DNA from: a candidate division FCPU426 bacterium | GTDB taxonomy: Bacteria > Oederibacteriota > Muellerivitia > Muellerivitales > Muellerivitaceae | Reading direction: 5' to 3' | Assembly: GCA_003152075.1 (NCBI GenBank) | Contig: PLZG01000064.1 | Location: forward strand, 31 to 64,030 | DNA: 64,000 nt | Shown here: one piece after another, positions 27,521-37,290 of the stretch | Position numbering within the stretch: the first letter of the stretch is position 1 | Layout: each line of letters starts with the position of its first letter | The notes under the pieces: generated by a model | The model's database searches: none | What the model was told of the DNA's origin: nothing | The model's input: only the letters and a program-made list of their open reading frames with translations | Made by a program: the position numbers and the translations under genes

Positions 27521-28150
27521 CTATCTCGCTTTTGGAAACAAGGAATAGGTGCACTTGAGCGTGGTTTTATCCAGCACCAGGCCGCTCCCTGTCAAGGTTT
27601 TCAAGACGTCCTTGCAGGTGAAGCTGCCCTCGACCGGGCACCTCTTCTCTTTCAGGGCGTAGAGGGTGAAGACGTAGTTGTGCAGTTTCTCGTCGTTCCA
27701 GGGTGGGGCAGGCCCGTCATATCCGGAATAGGTCCCTTCCATGGCCGCGTTCCCCTTGTACCATTCGGTGAAATCGTTGATGGCCATCCTCGTGCCGCGG
27801 GCTCCGGCCGGGCCGGGCTTGCCCTTGACCGTGACTTCCTTGCTGAACTCGCCGGGCTGGATGAAGGTCTTGGTATCCAGATCCACCACCGCCCAATGGT
27901 AGAACTCAGTGCGGGGATAGTCATAGGGGACCATCTTTCCCACCTTGTTCACGAAATCACGGCTGGTCGGGGCGTCGGTGTCGTGCATGACCATGACGAG
28001 GGATTTGGTGCCTTCAGGCATTTCGCCCCAGGCGAAATTGGGGTTGCGGTTCTTTCCCAATTCCGCGTGATGGGTATTGTGGGGCTTGAGAAAGGCGTAT
28101 TCCTCCCGCAGGCGGCTGCCGTCGCTGACGCTATCGCTCCAGATTTTCAT
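27521..28150 (-). CDS. YbhB/YbcL (PEBP/RKIP-like) protein
   Basis: NRNP..AW..P.GTKS, HDTDAP, FYHW, YDGPAPPWND, HNYVFTLYAL. Confidence 0.92.
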   Translation of the reverse strand: MKIWSDSVSDGSRLREEYAFLKPHNTHHAELGKNRNPNFAWGEMPEGTKSLVMVMHDTDAPTSRDFVNKVGKMVPYDYPRTEFYHWAVVDLDTKTFIQPGEFSKEVTVKGKPGPAGARGTRMAINDFTEWYKGNAAMEGTYSGYDGPAPPWNDEKLHNYVFTLYALKEKRCPVEGSFTCKDVLKTLTGSGLVLDKTTLKCTYSLFPKAR

Positions 28151-28299
28151 TAAAATCTCCCTCCTTGGATTTTCGCACGAAAGACCACCCGGTATATAAA
28201 AGGATGGGTTCACCGCCCACTTCCCCAAAGGCGCTCATAGGGAAAATCCCCTATGTACCCGCAAAACCTTTTCGGAAATGGGCTCGGTAACTTTGAAGC

Positions 28300-30516
28300 T
28301 TAGCGGCCAGCGCCGCCGAAGACCCTTTGAATGGCGAAATCGGCGTTGTCGCTGAACATCTTGGCGGCCATAGGGTCGTACTTGACGGCCGCGCGCACCA
28401 GGTCCTTGGCCACATCGACGTTGTCCTTCGCGAAGGACATGATGGCGATCTTGGCCTCGCCCGGATCGGTCTGGGTCACCAGTTTCAGGATAGCCGCGAT
28501 GTTCTTTTCGGTCTTGTCGAACAGCACATAACGCAGCAGGATGGAGATCCTGCGTTTGCTGATCTTGGGCGAGGGGGCGATATTGTTGGCGATGGCGTTC
28601 ATGAAGTCGAGGTAGTCGGCGATCGCGTCGTCGCGGCTGGCCTCGTCCAGCGTGCTCTGGGTGGCGGCGAGGGAGAACTTCTTGTCCTTCCCCGTCCAGG
28701 AGACCTTGGTCTCCTTCTCGATCTTGCCCATGTAGTCGCCCATGAAGGTCCCGGTCCTGACCTCTCCCCGGTAGTCGTAGATGGGGTCCTTGGTCAGGTA
28801 GAGCGCGCAGAGGCGCAGCACCTGCACGTCCACCGGCGTGAAGGTCACGAAGGCGCCCTTGCGGACGGTTTCGCCGGAGACAAAGGACATAAGGAACCGG
28901 TCCTCGAAGAAATCCACGAAGTTGCGCAGGGGCTCGATCAGGATGGGGGGGATGATGTGTTTCCCCTCCCAGTCCCGGTTGAAGAGGTTGGTGTGGACCT
29001 TCAGGATCTTTTCCAGGGAGGTTAGGACGGCGGCGGGGGTGCAGAGGCTGTCCGCCAGGTTCCCCTCGTCGGGGAGCTGCTTAGAAAGAAGGATGCGGGC
29101 CGCGGAGAAGGGGACCCGCATGGGGGAGGTGTCGGCCGCCCTCACGCAGGCGTTGTTGGTGGTGTCGATGTCGGTGCGGATCTGGGCTATGACGACCTGC
29201 TCAAAAAGGGGCCCGGAGCTGGGCGGGGCCACCGTCACCAGGCCGGAATCCGCGTTGATGATCTCCTGCTGGCATTTGACGACACTTTGGTATTTCTCCT
29301 CCACCTGCTTGCCGTGCTCGGAGATCTTGCTCATCAGGGGCATGATCGGCGTGACCGCCTTTATCAGCTCCGCGGCGCTGGCCCCCATCTTCCCCTCGGA
29401 AGCCTTCAGCGCGGCTTTGTCCTGTTCGGTTAGTTGGTTGCCCTTGTTCCAGATGGCGGCCACGGCCTTAAGGTTATCCAAGGCGTTTTTGGCGCCTTGC
29501 CCCGTGGCGGCATTCAAGGCGGCCAAGACCTTGGGCGAATTGAAATCGATAGTACTGACGGACTGGATGACCTCTTTCTTGACCTGGTCCATCTTGCGCT
29601 TCCACTCGTCGCGGATCTTCTGGCCGTCCTCGGGGGAGGTGCGCATCATCACCTCGGCCTTGGCCATTTCCTGCTGGCATTTGGAAACCATCTGGTATTT
29701 CTCCTCGACCTGCCGGGCGTGTTCGGCGATGAGGCCCATTTGGCCCTGCAGTTCGTCCAACCACTTGGCCATGCCCCCGCCGGCCAGGCCGGTCTTACCC
29801 TCGAAGGCCTTGAGGAAGGCCAATTCCTGTTCCGCCGCGTTATCGCCCCTGCTCCAAATATTGGACACCTTCTTGAGGATCTCCATGGCGCTCTTGGCGT
29901 TCTTCCCCGCAGCCTCATTAAAGGCGATGATGAATTTCGGGAAGTTGGATTCCATCTGGGCAATGGACATGCTGACTTCAGTACGGAACTGGACCATCTT
30001 GCGCTTCCACTCGTTGACGACGTAGCTGTTATCGGAACCGGAGATATTGCGCAGGTCCCGCTCGCGTTCCTTGCCCATCTTGAAAGATGTCAGCTCGTTG
30101 CGCGCGATGGCCATGAACTTGTCGAACACGCAATAGGCCGGGGGGGTGATCGTCTCGGGGGTACGGCCCGAAAAGGTTTTTAGGAGGGATTCATAAAGAG
30201 GAGTCGGCAGAAGATCGATGGTCTTGGTTTCTTTCTCCAATCGCACCGTGATGACGTCGCCGATGGCCCCGGTGTTGAGGAAGGCGGCCTCTTGGGGGGT
30301 CAGTTCGTTCAGGCGGTTGGAGACGATCCAGTCCACCAGCTTGTCGTAGCCCCTACGCAATCTATCCGAACGTTGCTTTTCGGCGGTGGCGGCGGTATCA
30401 GCGTCGTTGGCGAAGAAAACGATATTTTCCTCGACCTGCTGCCTGACTTCGGAATCCACCCTCTTCATCAACTCTTCGTAGTGGGTACCGGTTACGGTTG
30501 AGGTCGCGGTGGACAT
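28300..30516 (-). CDS. Large hypothetical helical protein with a 135-aa internal tandem duplication
   Basis: Long ORF with strong GC-ending codon bias, RBS GGAGG; EWKRKM...QVEEKYQ...KCQQE occurs twice, 405 bp apart. Confidence 0.85.
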   Translation of the reverse strand: MSTATSTVTGTHYEELMKRVDSEVRQQVEENIVFFANDADTAATAEKQRSDRLRRGYDKLVDWIVSNRLNELTPQEAAFLNTGAIGDVITVRLEKETKTIDLLPTPLYESLLKTFSGRTPETITPPAYCVFDKFMAIARNELTSFKMGKERERDLRNISGSDNSYVVNEWKRKMVQFRTEVSMSIAQMESNFPKFIIAFNEAAGKNAKSAMEILKKVSNIWSRGDNAAEQELAFLKAFEGKTGLAGGGMAKWLDELQGQMGLIAEHARQVEEKYQMVSKCQQEMAKAEVMMRTSPEDGQKIRDEWKRKMDQVKKEVIQSVSTIDFNSPKVLAALNAATGQGAKNALDNLKAVAAIWNKGNQLTEQDKAALKASEGKMGASAAELIKAVTPIMPLMSKISEHGKQVEEKYQSVVKCQQEIINADSGLVTVAPPSSGPLFEQVVIAQIRTDIDTTNNACVRAADTSPMRVPFSAARILLSKQLPDEGNLADSLCTPAAVLTSLEKILKVHTNLFNRDWEGKHIIPPILIEPLRNFVDFFEDRFLMSFVSGETVRKGAFVTFTPVDVQVLRLCALYLTKDPIYDYRGEVRTGTFMGDYMGKIEKETKVSWTGKDKKFSLAATQSTLDEASRDDAIADYLDFMNAIANNIAPSPKISKRRISILLRYVLFDKTEKNIAAILKLVTQTDPGEAKIAIMSFAKDNVDVAKDLVRAAVKYDPMAAKMFSDNADFAIQRVFGGAGR

Positions 30517-30760
30517 AAAAAAAGCCTCCAAAAGGGAATGTGGAAAACTAGGAGGTGCATTATAGCAAAGGCTTTTGCTTGTTTAATCAATATTAAAGGG
30601 GTGAATTAGTGGCATCGCTGGTTTAAAAGGCGGGGGATTCAAGCGGAATTAAACTAAAAACACTCAGGTGTTTTTATTCCTTCTCTTTTCGTTAAACCAG
30701 ATGATATGAAACGTGGAAAAGTAACTGGTTTAAAAGCGAAGGATCGCAATAAGAGTTCGT

Positions 30761-31222
30761 CTACTTCAGGGTGGAGGGATCCAGGGTCCAAAGAAGTTTA
30801 AAGGTTTTTCCACGTTCGAAGGCGGCGATTCCGGCTGTAGGAAAGGTTAAGGACAGTCCCTCACCCCCCAAGAGGAGGCCAGCGAGGCCGGGTATGAATG
30901 GAAGATGGCTCACAATGAGGAGGTTTCCGCTGGAATGGTCTAAAATTTCCTGGTGGACCTGCTCCAAGTCCCCATCGGGAGATAAATCACTCCTCTTTTC
31001 GAGGGGGAGGGGTGGATTTTCCATGGCTTTCCAAACGATTTCGGCTGTTTGGATGGCCCTGGTTTTGGGGCTATGCCATATGGCGTCGAGTTTTAGGCCC
31101 TTTTTTCGGATGAGGTGCTCAACTACGCGAGCGACATCGGATATCCCCTTGGGTGTAAGAGAAGAAGGTTGATCGGGAGAGGAATGGGAAGCCTCCCCGT
31201 GCCGCATAAGGTAAAGAAGCAT
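30761..31222 (-). CDS. sixA: Phosphohistidine phosphatase SixA
   Basis: LYLMRHGEA, HSPKTRAIQTAE, IVSHLP. Confidence 0.9.
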   Translation of the reverse strand: MLLYLMRHGEASHSSPDQPSSLTPKGISDVARVVEHLIRKKGLKLDAIWHSPKTRAIQTAEIVWKAMENPPLPLEKRSDLSPDGDLEQVHQEILDHSSGNLLIVSHLPFIPGLAGLLLGGEGLSLTFPTAGIAAFERGKTFKLLWTLDPSTLK

Positions 31223-31232
31223 AAAACGTCCT

Positions 31233-31814
31233 TTAATATTTGACCGCTGCTAATAGATCAAGTGACGGATTACTTTTTATCTTTACTTTAATACCAAACT
31301 TCCGATTGAACTCTTCCAAGTGTGTCCAGGACCTAAAATCCTTCATCCGATCAATATAAAACAAACCGTTCAAATGGTCGACTTCGTGCTGAACCACCCT
31401 CGCCTCAAATCCACGGACCGTTTTTCTTATCTTCTGGCCATCGGGCCTAAGGGCCTCAAAGGTTATTTGTTTAGACCTTGGTACTTTACCACGAAATCCG
31501 GGGATACTGAGGCACCCCTCCCAATCCCGAAGTTTAGCTTTGGAATAGCTCACGATCCGGGGGTTTAGGTAAGCTTGTAAAGGAAAGGCGGGGCGGGAGG
31601 GATAACGCCGGTTCCCCTGGCATTCCATGACAAACGCCCTCTGATTTTCGCCAACCTGGTTCGCGGCTAAGCCGACCCCCCCAGCGTGACGCATGGTCGT
31701 TACCATATTTTTTAAAAAAGACCGGAAGCGCTTAGCCTTCATACCCATCTTAGAAATAGAAAGGATTTTCTTTCGAAGGAGGGGGTTTCCGATTTTGACC
31801 AGTTTTAGTTTCAT
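31233..31814 (-). CDS. def: Peptide deformylase
   Basis: GVGLAANQVG, EGCLSIPG, QHEVDHLNG. Confidence 0.96.
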   Translation of the reverse strand: MKLKLVKIGNPLLRKKILSISKMGMKAKRFRSFLKNMVTTMRHAGGVGLAANQVGENQRAFVMECQGNRRYPSRPAFPLQAYLNPRIVSYSKAKLRDWEGCLSIPGFRGKVPRSKQITFEALRPDGQKIRKTVRGFEARVVQHEVDHLNGLFYIDRMKDFRSWTHLEEFNRKFGIKVKIKSNPSLDLLAAVKY

Positions 31815-31916
31815 CAATGAAAGACGCTTTCATGAAAACATTCATTTAATTACTTCATTTTATTTAAAAAGCTAATACACTAACGCCTGCAATTTCCGAA
31901 AGGCCCAATATCAACC

Positions 31917-33323
31917 ATGTCCCAACAGTTTATTTCATTCCCCAAGAATTTCCTATGGGGAGCCGCCACCAGTTCTTTCCAAATCGAGGGTCATCCCCTG
32001 GCCGACGGGGCGGTGAAAAGCAATTGGTACGATTGGACAAAGACCCCCGGTAAAATCGCCGATAAAAGCGACGCGGATGTGGCTTGTGATCACTACCACC
32101 GTTATAAAGAAGACATCGCGCTCATGAAGCAGATGGGTCTGATGACCTACCGCTTCTCCCTCTCCTGGCCCCGTATCATCCCGGAAAGGGGAAGGGTCAA
32201 CGAGAAGGGGATTGATTTCTACCGTCGGCTGATCGAAGAGCTAAACAAATCGGGAATCACGCCTAACGCCACTCTTTTTCATTGGGAAGTACCCCGTTGG
32301 GCAGAAGGCGGTTGGGAAAACCGGGAAACCGCCCTGGCTTTCGCGGAATACGCCGAGGTGGTTTTCCAAAAGCTCGGCCAGGAAGTCCCCCTATGGGCAA
32401 CCCAAAACGAATCAGCTGTAACCGCCCAGTTGGGTTATCTTTGGGGTTACTTTCCGCCGGGCAAAGAAGACCGAAACGCTTTCGCGAAGGTAACCCATCA
32501 CCTAAACCTTGGCCACGGTTTGGCGGTACAACGCTACCGCCAAGCGAACCTTAAGGGCGAGATTGGCACGGTAGCGGCTCTGGGTCTTTTCAGCACTACC
32601 TCGAAAGAACAAGTTGACCGGGACCACGCCCAGCACGTACAGGACCTTCTAGTGGCGGCTTTCCTGGGTCCCATCACGGGCAAAGGCTATCCCGAATTCC
32701 TTTCCAAATTCTCCGGGGTTTCCCTCCGTGAATTCGACAAGGACCTCAAGGACATTGCGGTCCCCACGGACTTTTTGGGAGTGAACCATTATTTCCCCAG
32801 CTTTGCCCGCTATGCCCCCGGCCTCAACATTTTCGACAATGATTTCGCCATGCCCGACGGCCTCATGATCAACGACCTGGACTGGCCGGTAGTCCCCGAG
32901 GGCCTTTATGAACTTTTGACCCATCTTTGGAAGACTTACGAATTCAAAAAGATGATGATCACGGAAAACGGCCTTCCTACCCGGGATTCCTTGAGGTCAG
33001 AAAAAGAAACGATTGAAGATGATATGAGGGTTTATTACCTGGGCCATTACCTCGCCCAGTGCAAGCGCGCCATGGATGAAGGGGTGCCCCTCAAAGGTTA
33101 TTACGCTTGGTCCTTGATGGATAATTTCGAATGGTGTCATGGGTACGATCCACGCTTCGGACTGATCCATGTGGACTTCAAGACTCAGAAGCGGACTTTC
33201 AAGAAAAGCTCCAAGTGGTACCAAAAGGCCATTGCCGATGAAGGATTTGACCTGGCGGCCCTTCCGAAAAACCCGCCCTTCCGGGTTTTCAAGTCGCAAG
33301 GCGTCAAGGCCCGTAATTTCTAG
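31917..33323 (+). CDS. GH1 beta-glucosidase (no signal peptide)
   Basis: FLWGAATSSFQIEG, DHYHRYKEDI, TQNE, ITENG, WSLMDNFEW. Confidence 0.95.
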   Translation: MSQQFISFPKNFLWGAATSSFQIEGHPLADGAVKSNWYDWTKTPGKIADKSDADVACDHYHRYKEDIALMKQMGLMTYRFSLSWPRIIPERGRVNEKGIDFYRRLIEELNKSGITPNATLFHWEVPRWAEGGWENRETALAFAEYAEVVFQKLGQEVPLWATQNESAVTAQLGYLWGYFPPGKEDRNAFAKVTHHLNLGHGLAVQRYRQANLKGEIGTVAALGLFSTTSKEQVDRDHAQHVQDLLVAAFLGPITGKGYPEFLSKFSGVSLREFDKDLKDIAVPTDFLGVNHYFPSFARYAPGLNIFDNDFAMPDGLMINDLDWPVVPEGLYELLTHLWKTYEFKKMMITENGLPTRDSLRSEKETIEDDMRVYYLGHYLAQCKRAMDEGVPLKGYYAWSLMDNFEWCHGYDPRFGLIHVDFKTQKRTFKKSSKWYQKAIADEGFDLAALPKNPPFRVFKSQGVKARNF

Positions 33324-33388
33324 GCCGGAATTGAAGAGGGCTCCAGTCCCTTGAACCCCTTTGGGGTTTCACTGGTTATAATGTCCCC

Positions 33389-35062
33389 ATGAAAAAAAAG
33401 CCGGGTTTTCCCTGGAATATCCCAATCCATTCCTTCTTTTTTTTCCTATTCTTCGCCCTAATCTTCGCCCTCCAGGTCGTTCCGCGTTTGAAAGCCGATT
33501 CTCCCACTAATGACGAACCCGTGGATTTGGGAGACGGCTACTATTATTGGTTGGGAGACGTGATCTCGGATATCCGCCATCCTCCCTTCGCCAAAGCCCT
33601 CCAAGGCTTGCCCCTTCACTTCACCCGGTTGGAATCCAAGATTGGGACAAGGGCCATGACTTACGAGGGCCGAGACGCCTATTTTCTCTTCGGCCTTAAC
33701 CGGGACCGCTTTGAGGGAATGGTGGCTGCTGGCCGGTGGGTAACCCTCTTGTTCGGCCTGGTTCTAGGCTGGCTTTTATGGAGGATCACCCGGCAGGGCA
33801 GTATGGTCCTTTGTTTTTTGACCCTGGCGTTTTGGGCCTTCGAGCCCAATCTCTTGGCCTTTTCGGGGCTGGTACTTTCCGATATTCCCTTCACCTGCTG
33901 TTTCCTGGGAGCAGTTTGGGGCTTTCAGAGGGCGCTGGAAAAGCCGGGGTTATCCCGGGCCCTCTGGGCCGGTTTTTTCAGCGGCTTAGCCGTCACTTGC
34001 AAATTTTCAGGGGCCCTCTTGGCAGGCGTATTCCTCGTGTTGGAACTGGTCCGGCGCTGGGATGCTGGAAAGGGCAGGGGTCCAAAGCCGGAAAAAATTC
34101 AGGCAGTTTTTTCAAGGTGGGCGGCCGGATTTTTGGCTTCCGCCCTTTGGATTTTTGTTTTGTACTTGCCCGGAACGGTCAAAATGCCCGGACACCCCTG
34201 GCCCTTCCATTTCTTTTGGGACGGGTTCAGTTCCATGGCCGGCTATTCGGGCCATCCGGTCTTTTTCAAAGGTGTTCTCGCGCCCCTCTTTTATTGGGAT
34301 TATTACCCGACGGCTTTTTTACTGAAAAGCCCCTTTTCTTTCCTGATTCTTCTGGCCCTCGTCTTCAGTTTGGCCCTGCTGCGGAAAATCCAGCTACCAG
34401 CTTGGCAGTGGATTCCCCCAATCCTCTTCTTCCTGGCCATGCTGCCCTTTCATCAGATCGGTATACGGGAAATCCTGGCGGTTTATCCCTTTTTTATCCT
34501 CTTGGCGGCCAGGGGTGGGGAATGGCTTTGGCAGGAAAAAAGCCGATGGGGAGCCGTCACCGTTGGGGCCCTACTGGTTTTTCAGGTAGCGAGCGTAGGG
34601 CTTAGTTTTCCCCGGCATATCAGTTATTTCAACGAATTAATCCCGCCGGATAAAAAAAGTTATTGGTTGGGGGATTCTAATTTAGATATTGGCCAGGACG
34701 TCAAGCGATTGGCAAAAACAGCCGAGGAAAGGGGATGGGGCAAGGTGAAGCTGGCTTATTTCGGCTCGGCCGACCCTCGGCTTTATGGCATGGATTGGGA
34801 CTATTGGCGGGAATCGGATTTGGCCGGGCCCCAGCCAGGGTGGGTTTATGTGGTCAATGATGCGTTTTTTCAGCTGGGACCTGCCTTCCTCCGGAAGGCC
34901 GATCGTATTTCCAAAGGCTGGATCAGTGAAATGCCTCCCACGGGCCGGATTGGAGACACTTGGTACTATTTTGAAATTCCTGGCCGACCAAACCTGAAAG
35001 ATTCATCGCGGGTTTTGACTTCGGCCCCTTTTTTCATGACTCTTGATCGTTTAAACCAGTAG
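33389..35062 (+). CDS. GT-C fold (ArnT/GT39-like) membrane glycosyltransferase
   Basis: TNDEP, HPP, multiple TMs, DSNLDIGQD. Confidence 0.85.
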   Translation: MKKKPGFPWNIPIHSFFFFLFFALIFALQVVPRLKADSPTNDEPVDLGDGYYYWLGDVISDIRHPPFAKALQGLPLHFTRLESKIGTRAMTYEGRDAYFLFGLNRDRFEGMVAAGRWVTLLFGLVLGWLLWRITRQGSMVLCFLTLAFWAFEPNLLAFSGLVLSDIPFTCCFLGAVWGFQRALEKPGLSRALWAGFFSGLAVTCKFSGALLAGVFLVLELVRRWDAGKGRGPKPEKIQAVFSRWAAGFLASALWIFVLYLPGTVKMPGHPWPFHFFWDGFSSMAGYSGHPVFFKGVLAPLFYWDYYPTAFLLKSPFSFLILLALVFSLALLRKIQLPAWQWIPPILFFLAMLPFHQIGIREILAVYPFFILLAARGGEWLWQEKSRWGAVTVGALLVFQVASVGLSFPRHISYFNELIPPDKKSYWLGDSNLDIGQDVKRLAKTAEERGWGKVKLAYFGSADPRLYGMDWDYWRESDLAGPQPGWVYVVNDAFFQLGPAFLRKADRISKGWISEMPPTGRIGDTWYYFEIPGRPNLKDSSRVLTSAPFFMTLDRLNQ

Positions 35063-35156
35063 GGATTGACGTGGTTGGCGAAAAGAATGATTTTGTATAA
35101 GGAATGGATTTTTGGGGCTGTAGTGAAGAATTTCATTTTTGTTATTTAGGAGTCGC

Positions 35157-37229
35157 ATGTTTTCAAAATATGGATGGTTTGTATTTCTCATCCTCTATTT
35201 TTTGTTCGTGGCTTATTGGGTAGTTGGTTTGTCAGGACAAATCTCCTCCCTCCCCGACGTCTCTTTTTACTTTAAACCTTTAAAAAAAATTGTAGTCGAT
35301 TTTCTGGGGCAAGGTTCAGTCCCGTTGTGGAATCCTTACGTCGCTTGTGGAATGCCGCTTTTGGCGGATTGGCAATCGGCCTGTTGTTACCCTTTTACAT
35401 GGGCTGGGGCATGGATTGATTTTTCAAAGGGAGCTGAAAGCGTCTCGTTGCTTCATGAATTATTAGCTTTCGCTGGATTCTGTCTTTGGCTCCGGCTGAA
35501 TCGTGTCGGGCGTTTGTGGAGCGTGCTAGGGGCCATGGGATTTGCGGGTTCCGCCCATATGGTCATTTGTTGGGGATACAACAGCTTCCAAGCGAGCTTA
35601 ACTTGGGTGCCGTGGGTATTTTGGTCGGCTCAATCAGCCCTTGAACAAGGAGGGGTTCACCGTTGGATTCGAGTGATACTGATTTTTTCATTCCAATTGT
35701 TGGCGGGTTATCCACCTTTTTCTTTCTATACATTCATTTTTTTAGGAGTTTGGGCAGTCTGGCACAAGACTGGAATCGGGGCAAATCTTCGTTTGATGTT
35801 GTGTGGCTTGGCCGCCCTCTTGGTTACTTCGGCGCAATGGCTCCCTTTTTTGGAATTTTTATCGAACGGGCAAAGAACATTAGGAGTTGAATATCCCTAT
35901 CATTTTTGCGCCGAGGATTTTCGGAGGATCATAAATCCGTTCCAAGGACAAATCGGAAGTTTGGAATTCCGGGGGATGAATCAAAACGCTCCATATAATC
36001 CCTACACGGGGATAGCGGCTTTGGTTTTGTTGATTTGGTCTTTTTTTAAACCGTTTTCGGAAAAAATTAATTTCTGGAAGTGGAGCTCCCTATTTATTTT
36101 AATCTGGATGGCTGGACATAATGGGCCCGCAAATTGGTTGTTGCCGAGCGGGCTTTTAAACGCTTTCGAACCCGCCAAAGCGGCTTTTCTTTTTGTTTTT
36201 TGCGCGATAACGGCTTCGGCCCATCAAGGGAATGGATATTTGAATTCCAAGAAAAAGAATAAAAGTGTTTTTATTTTAATCATTGCTTTTGTTTGGGCGA
36301 TGGAGGTATTGGTTTTACCCTTTCGAATTAGACAGTATATGCCTGATCCTTATTTGGATTCGAGTGCCGTTGCCGCGGCGCAAGCGGTTCGAAACGCAGC
36401 TGGGGAGGGCAGGGTACTCCAAGTCATGACTTCCTTGGATTACTCTTTATTAGATCAAGAGGATTTGCCGAGCCGGATAAGGGATAGCGTTCATATGATG
36501 GAGCCGAATGTATCGAGCGTTTTCGGTATCCGGACGCTTGCGGGGCATCTTTCCCTCGTGGCCGATGGTTTCATGAATCTTGTTCGATATGGCAATAAAG
36601 CTTATCCTTATCGGGGCCGGCTTTTTGACATCGCGGGTGTAAGAGTATTTATTTGTAAGAGAAAAATGCCGCTTGATAAATATGAATCAATCCCTGCTGG
36701 TGAAAAAAATATTTTGAATATCAATCGAAAGGCTCTTCCGAGCCTTCGATTAGTGGACGGGGCCCACTATTTTGAAAATCGTCCGGCTGTTTTGGAGGCG
36801 ACAACGCTTGAAACCGCCAACGTTGAGAAAGAAGTCTATTTGGAAAAGGGATTGGGAGGGTTCGTGACAGCCCTTTCCCCGGCCCGGCGCCGATTGGTAT
36901 TTGATATTTCGGGCGAAAATAAAACTTCCCGATGTTCGCCCCAGCGGGCTTTGTGGCGCGGGGAAACCCAACCTGGTTCCTATGTCGTTTTTAATGAAAC
37001 TTTTTTTCCGGGCTGGAAGGCTTGGCTGGATGGGGAGCCGGTTCCCATCTACCGAGCTTATGGTCAGTTTATGGCGGTGCGGGTTGATCAGGGTTCGGTC
37101 CATCAAATCAATTTTGGCTATGAACCGGACACTTTCAAAATGGGCCTTTTTATTAGTATTTGTTCCGTTTCGGTTTTGATTGGATTGGGTTTGGCGGGGA
37201 TTTTCAGAATAAAAAATTCACTGGTTTGA
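35157..37229 (+). CDS. YfhO-family membrane glycosyltransferase-like protein
   Basis: PLWNPYVACGMPLLA, AQWLPFLEF, FPGWKAWLDG, YEP + C-terminal TM; AT-rich. Confidence 0.85.
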   Translation: MFSKYGWFVFLILYFLFVAYWVVGLSGQISSLPDVSFYFKPLKKIVVDFLGQGSVPLWNPYVACGMPLLADWQSACCYPFTWAGAWIDFSKGAESVSLLHELLAFAGFCLWLRLNRVGRLWSVLGAMGFAGSAHMVICWGYNSFQASLTWVPWVFWSAQSALEQGGVHRWIRVILIFSFQLLAGYPPFSFYTFIFLGVWAVWHKTGIGANLRLMLCGLAALLVTSAQWLPFLEFLSNGQRTLGVEYPYHFCAEDFRRIINPFQGQIGSLEFRGMNQNAPYNPYTGIAALVLLIWSFFKPFSEKINFWKWSSLFILIWMAGHNGPANWLLPSGLLNAFEPAKAAFLFVFCAITASAHQGNGYLNSKKKNKSVFILIIAFVWAMEVLVLPFRIRQYMPDPYLDSSAVAAAQAVRNAAGEGRVLQVMTSLDYSLLDQEDLPSRIRDSVHMMEPNVSSVFGIRTLAGHLSLVADGFMNLVRYGNKAYPYRGRLFDIAGVRVFICKRKMPLDKYESIPAGEKNILNINRKALPSLRLVDGAHYFENRPAVLEATTLETANVEKEVYLEKGLGGFVTALSPARRRLVFDISGENKTSRCSPQRALWRGETQPGSYVVFNETFFPGWKAWLDGEPVPIYRAYGQFMAVRVDQGSVHQINFGYEPDTFKMGLFISICSVSVLIGLGLAGIFRIKNSLV

Positions 37230-37290
37230 GGTGGTTTGATGCGGAGCGGCGACTGAGGATTTGGCGGACCACCCATTTCCAATATCCGCC

